A stretch of 64,000 nucleotides of DNA, taken from NCBI RefSeq assembly GCF_009914755.1, contig NC_060936.1. The stretch is one strand, 5' to 3'. Below are positions 1 to 10,766 of the stretch, piece after piece. How positions within the stretch are numbered: the first letter of the stretch is position 1; every line of letters begins with the position of its first letter. The stretch is from the human T2T-CHM13v2.0 reference genome, Homo sapiens. The notes beneath the pieces were generated by a model. The model was not told the origin of the DNA and ran no database searches. It saw only the letters and a program-made list of their open reading frames with translations. The position numbers and the translations under genes were made by a program.

Positions 1-600
1 TTCTGTGTCTGCAGTGCAGTAGGGGTTGAGACTGACCACTGTCCCCAGACGGATATGTAATTTACCCAGCTCCACGTGTGGGAAGACCAACCTCTCCCCT
101 AGTGCTGTGGTGCCGCCTTTGCCGTCAGTCACGGGAGGGGCGACGTGGCTGTTTCTGGACTCTGCTCTGTCCGTCATCCCATTTGCATGCCGGTACGATT
201 GCAACTGCCACGTCCTATGCCAAGGCCTGAGACCGGCTCGTGTAAACCCTCCAGCTTGTTATTCCAGGCGGCCTCGGCTATTTTTGGTGAGACGCATTTA
301 AAAATTTGATGCGCGTCGTGAAACTGCCCTTCAGAAAGGTCGTAACCATTTATCCAGCCATGGGTGGGGCTCGGCAGTGCCGCCTCTCCCACGCCATTGC
401 AGACTCTGATGCACAGGAAGTCACACCTGGTTGTCATTCATAGCTGCGTAGCTTTGGTTATTGGTGAGGCTTCCTAAGTGAACTGGCCATCTGCATTTTT
501 CTTTATGTTGTAAGCACCTTCTTTCCTGATTTCTCCAGTGGAGTGTTTGTTTTGTTAGTGACTTCTGAGAGCTCTCGATGTAGTTCCAACGTTAACTCAT
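1..600 (-). mobile_element. Highly diverged, GC-shifted ancient L1 (L1M/L1ME-like) fragments
   Basis: Antisense L1 motifs such as gacggatatgtaatttacccagctccacgtgtgggaagacc...gtttctggactctgctctgtcc and gaaactgcccttcagaaaggtcgtaaccattta. Confidence 0.55.
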
Positions 601-714
601 TGCCTGCTGCTGTAATCTACCAGGCTTATTTTTATATTGACTATTATAGTCAGTGCGGATGAACACTTGAACCTGCAGTGCGAATCCGTTCCCCTGACCC
701 CAGCCTCTGTGCCT

Positions 715-1810
715 CCCCCTCCTCTGCTCCTGCCTCCCTCTGTCAAGATCCTTGGGATCACACTGGATACATGTGGCTAATCCAGGATCACCTCCCACCT
801 CCAGACGTTTAATTTACCCACATCAGAAAGGTCCCTTTTGCCATGTAAAGTGACATTCCCAGGCTCTGGGGTTAGGTTGTGGGACTCTCGTACGGTGACA
901 TTCCCAGGCTCTGGGATTAGGTTGTGGACCCCTCGTTCGGTGACATTCCCAGGCTCTGGGGTTAGGTTGTGGACCCCTCATGTGGTGACATTCCCAGGCT
1001 CTGGGGTTAGGTTGTGGACCCGTCGTAGGTGACATTCCCAGGCTCTGGGGTTAGGTTATGGACCCCTCGTATGGTGACATTCCCAGGCTCTGGGATTAGG
1101 TTGTGGACCCCTCGTTCGGTGACATTCCCAGGCTCTGGGGTTAGGTTGTGGACCCCTTGTTCGGTGACATTCCCAGGCTCTGGGGTTAGGTTGTGGACCC
1201 CTCTTAACGGTGACATTCCCAGGCTCTGGGATTAGGTTGTGGACCCCTCGTTCGGTGACATTCCCAGGCTCTGGGGTTAGGTTGTGGACCCCTCGTTCGG
1301 TGACATTCCCAGGCTCTGGGGTTAGGTTGTGGACCCCTCTTAACGGTGACATTCCCAGGCTCTGGGATTAGGTTGTGGACCCCTCGTTCGGTGACATTCC
1401 CAGGCTCTGGGGTTAGGTTGTGGACCCCTCGTTCAGTGACATTCCCAGGCTCTGGGGTTAGGTTGTGGACCCCTCTTATGGTAACATTCCCAGGCTCTGG
1501 GGTTAGGATGTGGACCCCTCTTATGGTGACATTTCCAGGCTCTGGGGTTAGGTTGTGGACCCGTCGTAGGTGACATTCCCAGGCTCTGGGGTTAGGTTGT
1601 GGACCCTTCATACGGTGACATTCCCAGGCTCTGGGGTTAGGTTGTGGACCCGTCGTATGGTGACATTCCCAGGCTCTGGGGTTAGGTTGTGGACCCGTCG
1701 TAGGTGACATTCCCAGGCTCTGGGGTTAGGTTGTGGACCCGTCGTAGGTGACATTCCCAGGCTCTGGGGTTAGGTTGTGGACCCCTCTGGTGGAGGGTGG
1801 GGATTGTGTT
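715..1810 (-). mobile_element. MLT1-family MaLR LTR fragment hosting a minisatellite
   Basis: taatccaggatcacctcccacctc...cacatcagaaaggtcccttttgccatgtaaagtgacattcccaggctctggggttagg...gtggac matches the end of MLT1-type LTRs (recalled consensus). Confidence 0.7.
850..1787. repeat. VNTR, 44-46 bp unit, ~21 copies
   Basis: Unit GTGACATTCCCAGGCTCTGGGGTTAGGTTGTGGACCCCTCGTTCG starts at 850, 895, 940, 985, 1029 and so on. Confidence 0.97.
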
Positions 1811-4132
1811 TTGTCAGCTGCAGAGGGTAAATTAAGAATCTGTGGGGAGCCCTTCCAGACTGTGCCGCTGAAATTGTTGGGGCAGTGGCTCTATCTCCGA
1901 GAATGCAGCTAGATCTCAGAATGCATCCCCAACGTTGCAGCGTGCGCAGGCCCTTCCTCCTGAGGGCACCCACCTTGGTGAATGGGATTTTCTGTATCCA
2001 GTTGTCTCTGCTCCAGTTGATGTGGCAGACACAGGGTCAGACAGAAGCTTGCTGGACATCGTCCCTCCCCTGAGGCCAAGGCCGGACGAGGGGTCTCTTC
2101 AGCTGCACATCGGGGCAGGTGAGGGGTGTCAGCCACGTCCCGGGGAATAGTAGCCTGCCCACCTCAGCAGAATGGCGAACTCGCTTTCCCGTGGCCTTTG
2201 GCATCTGTAGCGTGGATGCCATGGAGTGTGGCGCGTGACACCTCAATGTGGCACACTGAGACTGTAAAGAACAGAAGACACCAGTACTTTAACCCGCGGC
2301 TGAGGGCTCATCGCTTTGAATACGCCGGGGTGTGCAGAGCACAGGTCAGCTATTGTGTAGGAGAGACACTGAGCCGCATCTGCAGCCTGTTGTTCTGGGG
2401 TCGCCTTGGTTACAGCCACCTCTGTCACAATGTGCAGTGTGTCGGAGTCTCCTTCCAGAGGAGCACTCGCCCACAGCCAGGGCCCCCACCGAGGGCCGCT
2501 CTTTTCACCAGGGTTTCTGAACAGGCCACATGGGAGCCCGGAACGCAGGAAGGGCAACACCTCATCCCAACTCACCACACTGGGCCCCGGGGAGCCAGGG
2601 GCTGGGCGGTCTCAACTCTGAGCTCCACTGCCGGAAGCTCTGCTGCCTTGGGGGGTCCTGTCGAAGCTGCTCCCTGCCTCCCACCCTCCCTTCCTGCGCC
2701 ATGTCATTTGTTGGGGGCTCTGACAGCGGAGCCCACTCACGTCTGGGGCAGCCTTGGGTACTGCGTGCTGCCCTGGTGCGGCTCAAACACTGGACGGTGG
2801 CCTTCATCCCTTTAGGCCTGGCTTAGCCTCTTGCAGGTCTGAGCCCAGGTGCAGGAGAATTCGGGGAGACTGTGGGGCATGACTGGAATGGGGTGAGTTC
2901 TGACATGTTGCTGGGATGACCATTTACACAGCTTGAGACATAAATGCAGTCCCTCACCCATGCGGTTCTGTCGACGAGTCACCCACTGCTCACAGCTTCT
3001 CAGATTTGCGTTTGTCGGTGGTTTTCCCAAGGTTCCAGGATTAGCAAACACGGCCCCCCCACCCTTCCTTCAGGCCTGGTCTTAAACCAGGTCACCCACC
3101 TGCCCCTCCCCTTGAGGCTGCAGGAGTTCTGGGGCCACTCTCCACCATCCCATTGTACTGGACCCCCAGGGCCACCTCCACGGATCTCTGTGTCTTTGAT
3201 TCTTGTGCCCCCAGGGTTGGGCCTGGGTGTCAACACCTTGTCTCCCCAAAACCTCAGGAAGTGACTTGGCTTCTCCCCAGGGGCCAGCTCTGCATACCAA
3301 ACATCCGGGTCACTTCTGCCAACACTCGGAAACCCTGAGAGGTGTCATTGCCTCGTCCCCGCACATGCCAGGTGCCTACCTGCCTTCCCTGTGGGAAGCT
3401 GGGGAGCCATTTGTGTCTGTTTGGTGAACTGCTGCCCCGGAAGGGAGGCCTTCAGATGAACCAGCCTGACTTCTCTCCTATCGCAGCCTCCACCCTTGGC
3501 TCTGGGGTTCCTGCCGCTGTGCCCCACAGATAGAGGGGGTGACATTGCTTTCCAAAATGCAGCCCTTAGCCCTGAGACACAGCCCAAATGTCCTTCTCCA
3601 AGTGTCAGGCACCAGCTCCAACCCTGTCCCCCGCAAGGGGCACACAGGGCTCCCCCAGGCTCTACTGAAGCCCTCTCCTAGGCTACACAGGCATTCAGTA
3701 GGCGGCAGACGTTCCCTCTCCACCCTGGCGGTGGAGGCAGAGCTCACAAAACAGCTCTATTCAAAGACAGTCTCACAGGTCCACAGCTTATTGTGCCACT
3801 CGCGACCCCGCCTAGATCCTCCACGAGCACGAATCATCTCACGGGTTCTGACGCCTGCTTTGAAAATTCAGCGTAGTAGGAGGTTTCACAACTCACTTTG
3901 GTACCCTGGAAGTACATGCGATGCCTCCGCTGACACGTCCCCCACCGCTGTGTGGCCTTTTCCCCGAGTGTTCTTGCTGCAGGCCCGGGTGCCAGCACCT
4001 GCACACGAACTCTCGGCTGCCCTCTTAGGACAGCAGTGAGCGGAGAGGGCTCTGCAGCTCCACGTGGTTGCTCACTGTGCTTCCTCCAGGGCCCCTCTGC
4101 TTCCTCTCCCTATGGTGGGGCAGTGACGATTA

Positions 4133-4508
4133 TGCTTATTAGAGAAATCACCACCCCGTCACAGAGATGACATTTATTAGAGAAATCGCCACCCCATCAC
4201 AGAGATGACGTTTATTAGAGAAATCGCCACCCCGTCACAGAGGTGACGCTTATTAGAGAAATCGCCACCCCGTCACAGAGGTGACGCTTATTAGAGAAAT
4301 CGCCACCCCGTCACAGAGGTGACGCTTATTAGAGAAATCGCCACCCCGTCACAGAGGTGACGCTTATTAGAGAAATCGCCACCCCGTCACAGAGGTGACG
4401 CTTATTAGAGAAATCGCCACCCCGTCACAGAGGTGACGCTTATTAGAGAAATCGCCACCCCGTCACAGAGGTGACGCTTATTAGAGAAATCGCCACCCCG
4501 TCACAGAG
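4133..4508. repeat. VNTR, 38 bp unit, ~10 copies
   Basis: Unit GTGACGCTTATTAGAGAAATCGCCACCCCGTCACAGAG (e.g. 4243, 4281); the internal copies are identical. Confidence 0.97.
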
Positions 4509-5639
4509 ACCACTTCATTTGCAGCTTCCTCTCCTCCCGAGCTAAATGGCGCGCGACGAGCCCCGCCCTGCCCTCCAGGACATTCATGGCTCGTGCCAGG
4601 CAGTGCCCTGGGTCTCCTGCATGCCCACCCTCCGTGTGCAGACCAGGCTGGCCCTGCCCGAGCTCTTTTTTTGTGCGGGCAGGGCCGTTGGGTGGGTCCC
4701 CTGTAGCTGTGTCCAGATGGGATTGTCTTGTTTTTGTGTGGCAGGGGCTGGGGTGGGGTGGGAAGGAAGGACTTCCAGGCCGGAGGGGTTTCTAGAGCTG
4801 GTCATTGCTGGGGCCAGGGTGCCCTTCCATCATGCACCCCACAAGCACTGCCCAAGCACCACATCTGTGCTCAGCACCGTCAGAGCCCTGGAGGCACAGT
4901 GAGCAGGACAGGCGTCCACATGCGGCCTTCCTTCCCGCTCAGAGCGTGGCATGCAGGGTTGGGTTCCTTATGTCTTTTCGGAGCCCCCTGAACGCAGGGA
5001 ATTCTTGTCCTCTGCTGGGCTGGGTTGCGCAGGTGTGCAGTGACGGAGGCAGCCAGGCAGGTTCTCAGTGAAGACGGGAGTGTGTGTCCCTCTTGCCTTG
5101 GCTGACAGGCCTGGGTCCCGGTGGAGTGGACTGGAGCCGGCCCTGGAGGGGCAGGCCGTGGGCCTGGGTGGCCACAGGGGCTTGCAGGGGCACGGGATGT
5201 GGTGGTTGCCAGGTCCCTGGAGCAGGTGCCCAACCAGGGCTGCACAGCCGTGTGTCCTCTGTGGTCATTTCCACGGCTGCTGCGTCTGCTAGGGGGAAGC
5301 AGCTTCCCTGAGCCGCGTGGGTGAAGGCTGGGGACACGTGGTATCTGCAGGATCTAGGTGTGAGCGTCTGTGCATTTTCACGGCACTCCTGGCAGGACAG
5401 AGCTCCACCCTCTGCCAGTCCTCCCCGGGGGATGCCGGCTCCACCTGCAGCTCACGTCCGATTTCCACCGGTACCCATCGTCACCATCACCAGCCTTGCC
5501 CCTGGTTTCACTGTCTACCCCGGAGGCCAGCGCCAGCCTCCCAGCCGCCCCCAGCTGCACACAGCAGCCAGAGTAATATTCGACGTGGCCGTCAGGTGGT
5601 GTCACCCTGTGCTCGAACCCTCTCGGGGCTTCCTCTGCA

Positions 5640-6180
5640 TTTCAAGTAAGATCTACACGCCCTTCTTCCCCTGCCCACCCTGCCGCACTCTGGGCCACTC
5701 CCCGCCCATTCCACTCCGCTCCCGCCATGCGTCTGCCTTGCTCTGCGCCACATCAAGTGCATTCCCACCCCAGGGCCTTTGCACGCCTGTCCTTTTGAAT
5801 GGAATGCTCTTCCCCCGGGTCCCCGCATGGTTGACACCTTCCCAGAGTCGCCACTGCCGACCTGACTGTCCTCCACTGCCCAGCCCAGCCTCGCCAGCCA
5901 CTCGCCACATCAGCTGGCTCCTTTTCTTTCCTGGAAGGCGGCACTGTCTTACTTGTGTGTTTGCTTATTCTTTCTTCTTTGTCTCCTTCACTAGAAAGTA
6001 AACTCCATGGGGTGGAGGAAGGAAGGGAGGGAGGCAGAGAGAGGGACAGAGAGAGAGAAGAGCAGGAGAGAGAGGGAGTTGGGGAAGAGAGAGGCTGTCA
6101 TGTTTATTGCTATTTCCTGAGTCTAGAACAGAACCTGGCATATGACAGGGTCTCCATAAACATGTTTGTTGAATGACTGA
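5640..6180 (+). mobile_element. L2 3-prime fragment with internal GA-rich tract
   Basis: cagggcctttgcac...ggaatgctcttcccc...actagaaagtaaactccatg...cctggcata...ataaacatgtttgttgaatgactga, a typical L2 tail. Confidence 0.65.
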
Positions 6181-6299
6181 GGCTAGGACACGGTGGTGGC
6201 CCCTCGCTGGGCAGGGTGGGCTTGCCATGTGTCCCCCAGCTCTGGAGAAGGTGGCTCTACCTGAGGCTCTCTCCTTCACCAACCTGGTCACGTCACCTT

Positions 6300-6790
6300 G
6301 GAAATGTCACTGCACCGGCTCCCGCTCCTTAGCCTCCACCTGAACACAGGGCCGCTCTTGCCTGGGGCCTGCAGGACCTCCTCACTGGTGCCCCACGCCT
6401 ACAGCTGCTCCTCCGCCCCCTTCAGCCCTCCCCTCCACAGCAGGACGAGTGCCTTTTAAAGAAGCAAATCTGGTCACTCCCTCCTCTGCTGTGGAGTCTT
6501 CTGGGCCCCTGTCACTCAGAGTGAAGACAGACCCTGACCTGTGACTCACAGCCCTGTGTGGTCAGCCCAGCCTCATCTTGAACCTCTCTCCTCCTCTGTC
6601 CGTGCCCTCACCTCCGGGCCTTTGTACACGCTGTCCCCTCTGCCCAGAGCACTCTCCTCCTCCCCTTCCTGGTCGCTCCTGGTCGTCGTCCTGTCTCAGC
6701 TCTGCTGCCTCTCCTGGGGCCCTTTCCCAGCGCTCCTGGACCGGGTGGGCTCACCGCGCTGTGTCCTGTCCCTGTGGCTGTAGAGTGCAC
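6300..6790 (+). mobile_element. L2 fragment
   Basis: ttttaaagaagcaaatctggtcac...cgggcctttgtacacgctgtcccctctgcccagagcactctcc are L2-type motifs. Confidence 0.5.
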
Positions 6791-7629
6791 AATTGCCTCT
6801 CCCAGCAGGTGGTGTGCGCCATGCGTTGTGCTTGTCCTGACGTGCACGGCGTGTGCCACACAGTAGGGCCCTTTGCCAACAAGGAAGCTGAGCTTAGAAG
6901 CAGCATGAGCTGCTCCGGGTGACACAGCTGGGCAGTCACGCCCCGAGGGGCCCGGAGTTCTGACTGCAAGTGCGACTTCAGTAGCGTCTGTTTTCTACGT
7001 AGAATAAATTGAGACTGCAGTCTGCACCTTCAGACCGCCTCTGCATTTTATGCCTCAAGAAGGAAATCCACTGAGCCGAGACACAGCTTCTCTGTGCTTA
7101 ACTGATGATGGGGTGTTAGCAGCTGCCCCCACACATGATGTCTGGTTGTCTGTTTGAAAATAGAAACAGGGCAGCAGTCAATCACTGACATAGTATGATG
7201 TTGTTATTATTTATCGAAGAAACTGTATTATAACAATGTTAATAGGAGCCAAATCAAAAGGAGAAAAATGGATCCATTTTCCTAGATATAGACCTGTTAT
7301 GCCTTATGCACACAGACATGAACGTTTTATAAGTGGAAATTATAATGTAGATAAAAATGTTATTCTCCTAGTTAATTATTTTCACTATATCTATAAAAGG
7401 CAAGATGATTGCTTGGAGATTGATTCACACCCAAGCCAAAACCGAGTCACATTATACCACTACTAAGGTTCTCCTGGTCTCCTTTTTGTTTACCTGCTTT
7501 AAAAACAACAAAGCTTATTTGGGTTTAAAAATAAAAAGAAATTAACTTTGGTGAGGCTGCTCCTGTTCCTGGCCCCTTTATATCAGGCCCCTGGAGAGGC
7601 ATGGGGACAGCAGGGTTCAGCCTTGCAGC

Positions 7630-9612
7630 GAGTCTTACTCACTGGAGGGGGTTGTACTCACTGGAGGGGGTCTCATTCACGGGAGGCGGGGTCTTAACCA
7701 CTGCACCGGGTCTTACTGCATCAGGCCTTACTCACTGCAGTGAGTCTCACTCACTGCACTGGGTCTCACTCACTGCACTGGGCCTCACTCACTGCACCGG
7801 GTCTTACTGCACTAGGTCTCACTCACTGCCCCAGGCCTTACTCACTGCATGGGGCCTCACTCACTGCACTGGGTCTTACTCACTGCACCAGGGTCTTATT
7901 GCATCAGGTCTTACTGCTCCAGGTCTCACTCACTGCCCCAGGCCTTACTCACTGCATGGGGCCTCACTCACTACACCAGGTCTCACTCACTGCACCGGGC
8001 CTCACTCACTGCACCAGGCCTCACTTGCTACACTGGGCCTCACTCACTGCATGGGGCCTCACTCACTACACCAGGTCTCACTCACTGCACCGGGCCTCAC
8101 TCACCGCACCAGGCCTCACTCACTGCACGGGGCCTCACTCACTGCACGGGGCCTCACTCAGTACACCGGGCCTCACTCACTGCACCGGGCCTCACTCACC
8201 GCACCGGGCCTCACTCACTGCATGGGGCCTCACTCACTGCACCGGGCCTCACTCACTGCACCGGGCCTCACTCACGGCACTGGGTCTCACTCACTGCCCC
8301 GGGTCTCACTCACTGCCCCAGGCCTTACTGCATGGGGCCTCACTCACTACACCAGGTTTCACTCACTGCACTGGGTCTTACTCACTGCACTGAGCCTCAC
8401 TCACTACACCAGGTCTCAGTCACTGCACTGGGTCTCACTCACAGCAACAGAATCTTACTCACTGCATGGAGCCTCACTCACTGCACCGGGTCTCACTCAC
8501 TGCACCAGGATCTTACTCACTGCATGGGGCCTCACTCACTGCACCGGGTCTCACTCACTGCACCGGGTCTCACTCACTGCACTGGGCCTCACTCACGGCA
8601 CCGGGCCTCACTCACTGCACCGGGCCTCACTCACGGCACCGGGCCTCACTCACTGTCCCAGGCCTTACTGCATGGGGCCTCACTCACTACACCAGGTCTC
8701 ACTCACTGCACTGGGTCTCACTCACTGCACTGAGCCTCACTCACTACACCAGGTCTCAGTCACTGCACTGGGTCTCACTCACTGCACCAGGATCTTACTC
8801 ACTGCATGGGGCCTCACTCACTGCACCGGGCCTCACTCACTGCACTGGGTCTTACTCACTGCACTGGGGTCTCACTCACTACACCAGGTCTCAGTCACTG
8901 CACTGGGTCTCACTGCACCAGGATCTTACTCACTGCATGGGGCCTCACTCACTGCACCGGGCCTCACTCACTGCACTGGGTCTTACTCATTGCACTGGGT
9001 CTCACTCACTACACCAGGTCTCAGTCACTGCACTGGGTCTCACTCACTGCACCAGGATCTTACTGCATGGGGCCGCACTCACTGCACCGGGTCTCACTCA
9101 CTGCACCAGGATCTTACTCACTGCATGGGGCCTCACTCACTGCACCGGGTCTCACTCACTGCACTGGGTCTTACTCATTGCACTGGGTCTCACTCACTAC
9201 ACCAGGTCTCAGTCACTGCACTGGGTCTCACTCACTGCACCAGGATCTTACTGCATGGGGCCGCACTCACTGCACCGGGTCTCACTCACTGCACCAGGAT
9301 CTTACTCACTGCATGGGGCCTCACTCACTGCACCGGGTCTCACTCACTGCACCAGGATCTTACTCACCGCACTGAGCCTCACTCACCACACCGGGTCTCA
9401 CTGCACCAGGATCTTACTCACTGCATGGGGCCTCACTCACTGCACCGGGCCCCACTCACTGCACTGGGTCTTACTCACTGCACTGGGGTCTCACTCACTG
9501 CATGGAGCCTCACTCACTACACCAGGCCTCACTCACTGCACCGGGTCTCACTCACTACACCAGTTCTCACTGCACTGGGTCTTACTCACTACACTGGGTC
9601 TCACTCACTGCA
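7630..9612. repeat. Complex minisatellite, ~19 bp unit, ~100 copies
   Basis: Unit CTCACTCACTGCAC(C/T)GGG(C/T) with variants (GCATGGGG, ACACCAGG, CAGGATCTTA); edges are degenerate. Confidence 0.97.
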
Positions 9613-10604
9613 TCATTTGGGGGTTTGGCCCCTTTCTGCTGATTTTTGCTCTAACTGTTGAGACGTGTGGGGACCATCACCAGGCCCCTGTGGAGGGGTT
9701 CAGATGACCCAGCAGTCTGGAAGCCCTGGACTTCCCCCATCCACATAGCCCAGTGTCTCCACAGTGCCGGGAGGGCCTGTGCGCTGAGCCAGGGCAGGTG
9801 GCAGATGGCGCAGGGCAGCCATGTGTTAGAATTCCTCTCAACCTTCAAACCTGCATCTCGCCTGCCTGCCACCTCCGGGTTGTTAGGCATCCACTCTGGT
9901 TTGGTATCGCAGAGCCGACACTCCTCCCACAAGGGAACGAGCCCTGCTTATTCCCACCCAGGCCCATCCAGCTGAGAGCATCTTTCTTCTCTGTGACTGG
10001 GGCCAGACAACAGAGGGGCCGATACTACAGTCGGGGGGCAGACATGGCAAGTGGAAATGCCCCTGGGGCTCAGCCACTGGAGTGGCCCACAGTGTGGGGT
10101 AGGTGGACACTCATCAGCACGGGCTGTTTCCTCATGGCTGGAGGCAGAGGTGATGGAGGGGCAACCTGCCTCTGACTCTGCCACGAGAGCACAGCCGGGG
10201 TGCAGGTGAGGGGGACGGCAGTGACAGGTAGGCTGACCTTTGACATCAGGGTCAGAAGCAAACCTGATGTGATGGGTCCCCTAGACCCGTCCTGTCCCCC
10301 AACCTGCTGATTTTCCCAGAAGAACTGTTTGCCTGAAACTTCTGATTTTTAAATAATTGCAAAACATAAAAGGGAAAAGACTAGGTCGCAGGCCGACACC
10401 TGGGGCAGATGGAGCAGGGTGGTTACGGCCTCGAGTGGAGGAGGGAGCAAGGCTGTCCCCCTAGGGAGGAGGAAGCCTATGGTCATCTCCCCAGAGCCTC
10501 TCCAGGCCAAGCTCAGAGGGAACTGCCTGCGGGAGAGGCCAGGAAACTGCTGAGTCTAGTCCTCTGTCGAAGGCCCCGAGCTGTGTGCGGAGCAGGAACG
10601 CATG

Positions 10605-10766
10605 GAGCCTGTGCTCCTCCAGGCCACTGCCCGCTGAGCCGGGACGGTGCGGAGAGTCCTGTGCTCCTCCAGCCACTGCCCACTGAGCCGGGACGGTGCG
10701 GAGAGCCCTGTGCTCCTCCAGCCACTGCCCGCTGAGCCGGGACGGTGCGGAGAGCCCTGTGCTCCT
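10605..10766. repeat. Short tandem repeat, 49-50 bp unit, ~3.2 copies
   Basis: CTGTGCTCCTCCAGCCACTGCCCGCTGAGCCGGGACGGTGCGGAGAGCC starts at 10609, 10659, 10708 and 10757 (partial). Confidence 0.92.

Noticed and set aside
850-1787. CRISPR-like appearance (constant ~37 bp plus a variable segment)
   Set aside because: The variable part is only ~7-9 bp and recurs. There are no unique spacers or cas genes, the context is eukaryotic, and the unit derives from MLT1.
4133-4508. CRISPR-like palindromic 38-bp repeat
   Set aside because: Units are directly head-to-tail with no spacers.
7601-9707. ORFs of 686, 413, 294, 217 and 189 aa rich in His/Cys/Thr/Leu, superficially zinc-finger-like
   Set aside because: They are translations of a 19-bp repeat nearly free of stop codons. 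All frames give the same peptide words, and there is no C2H2 spacing or splice/promoter support.
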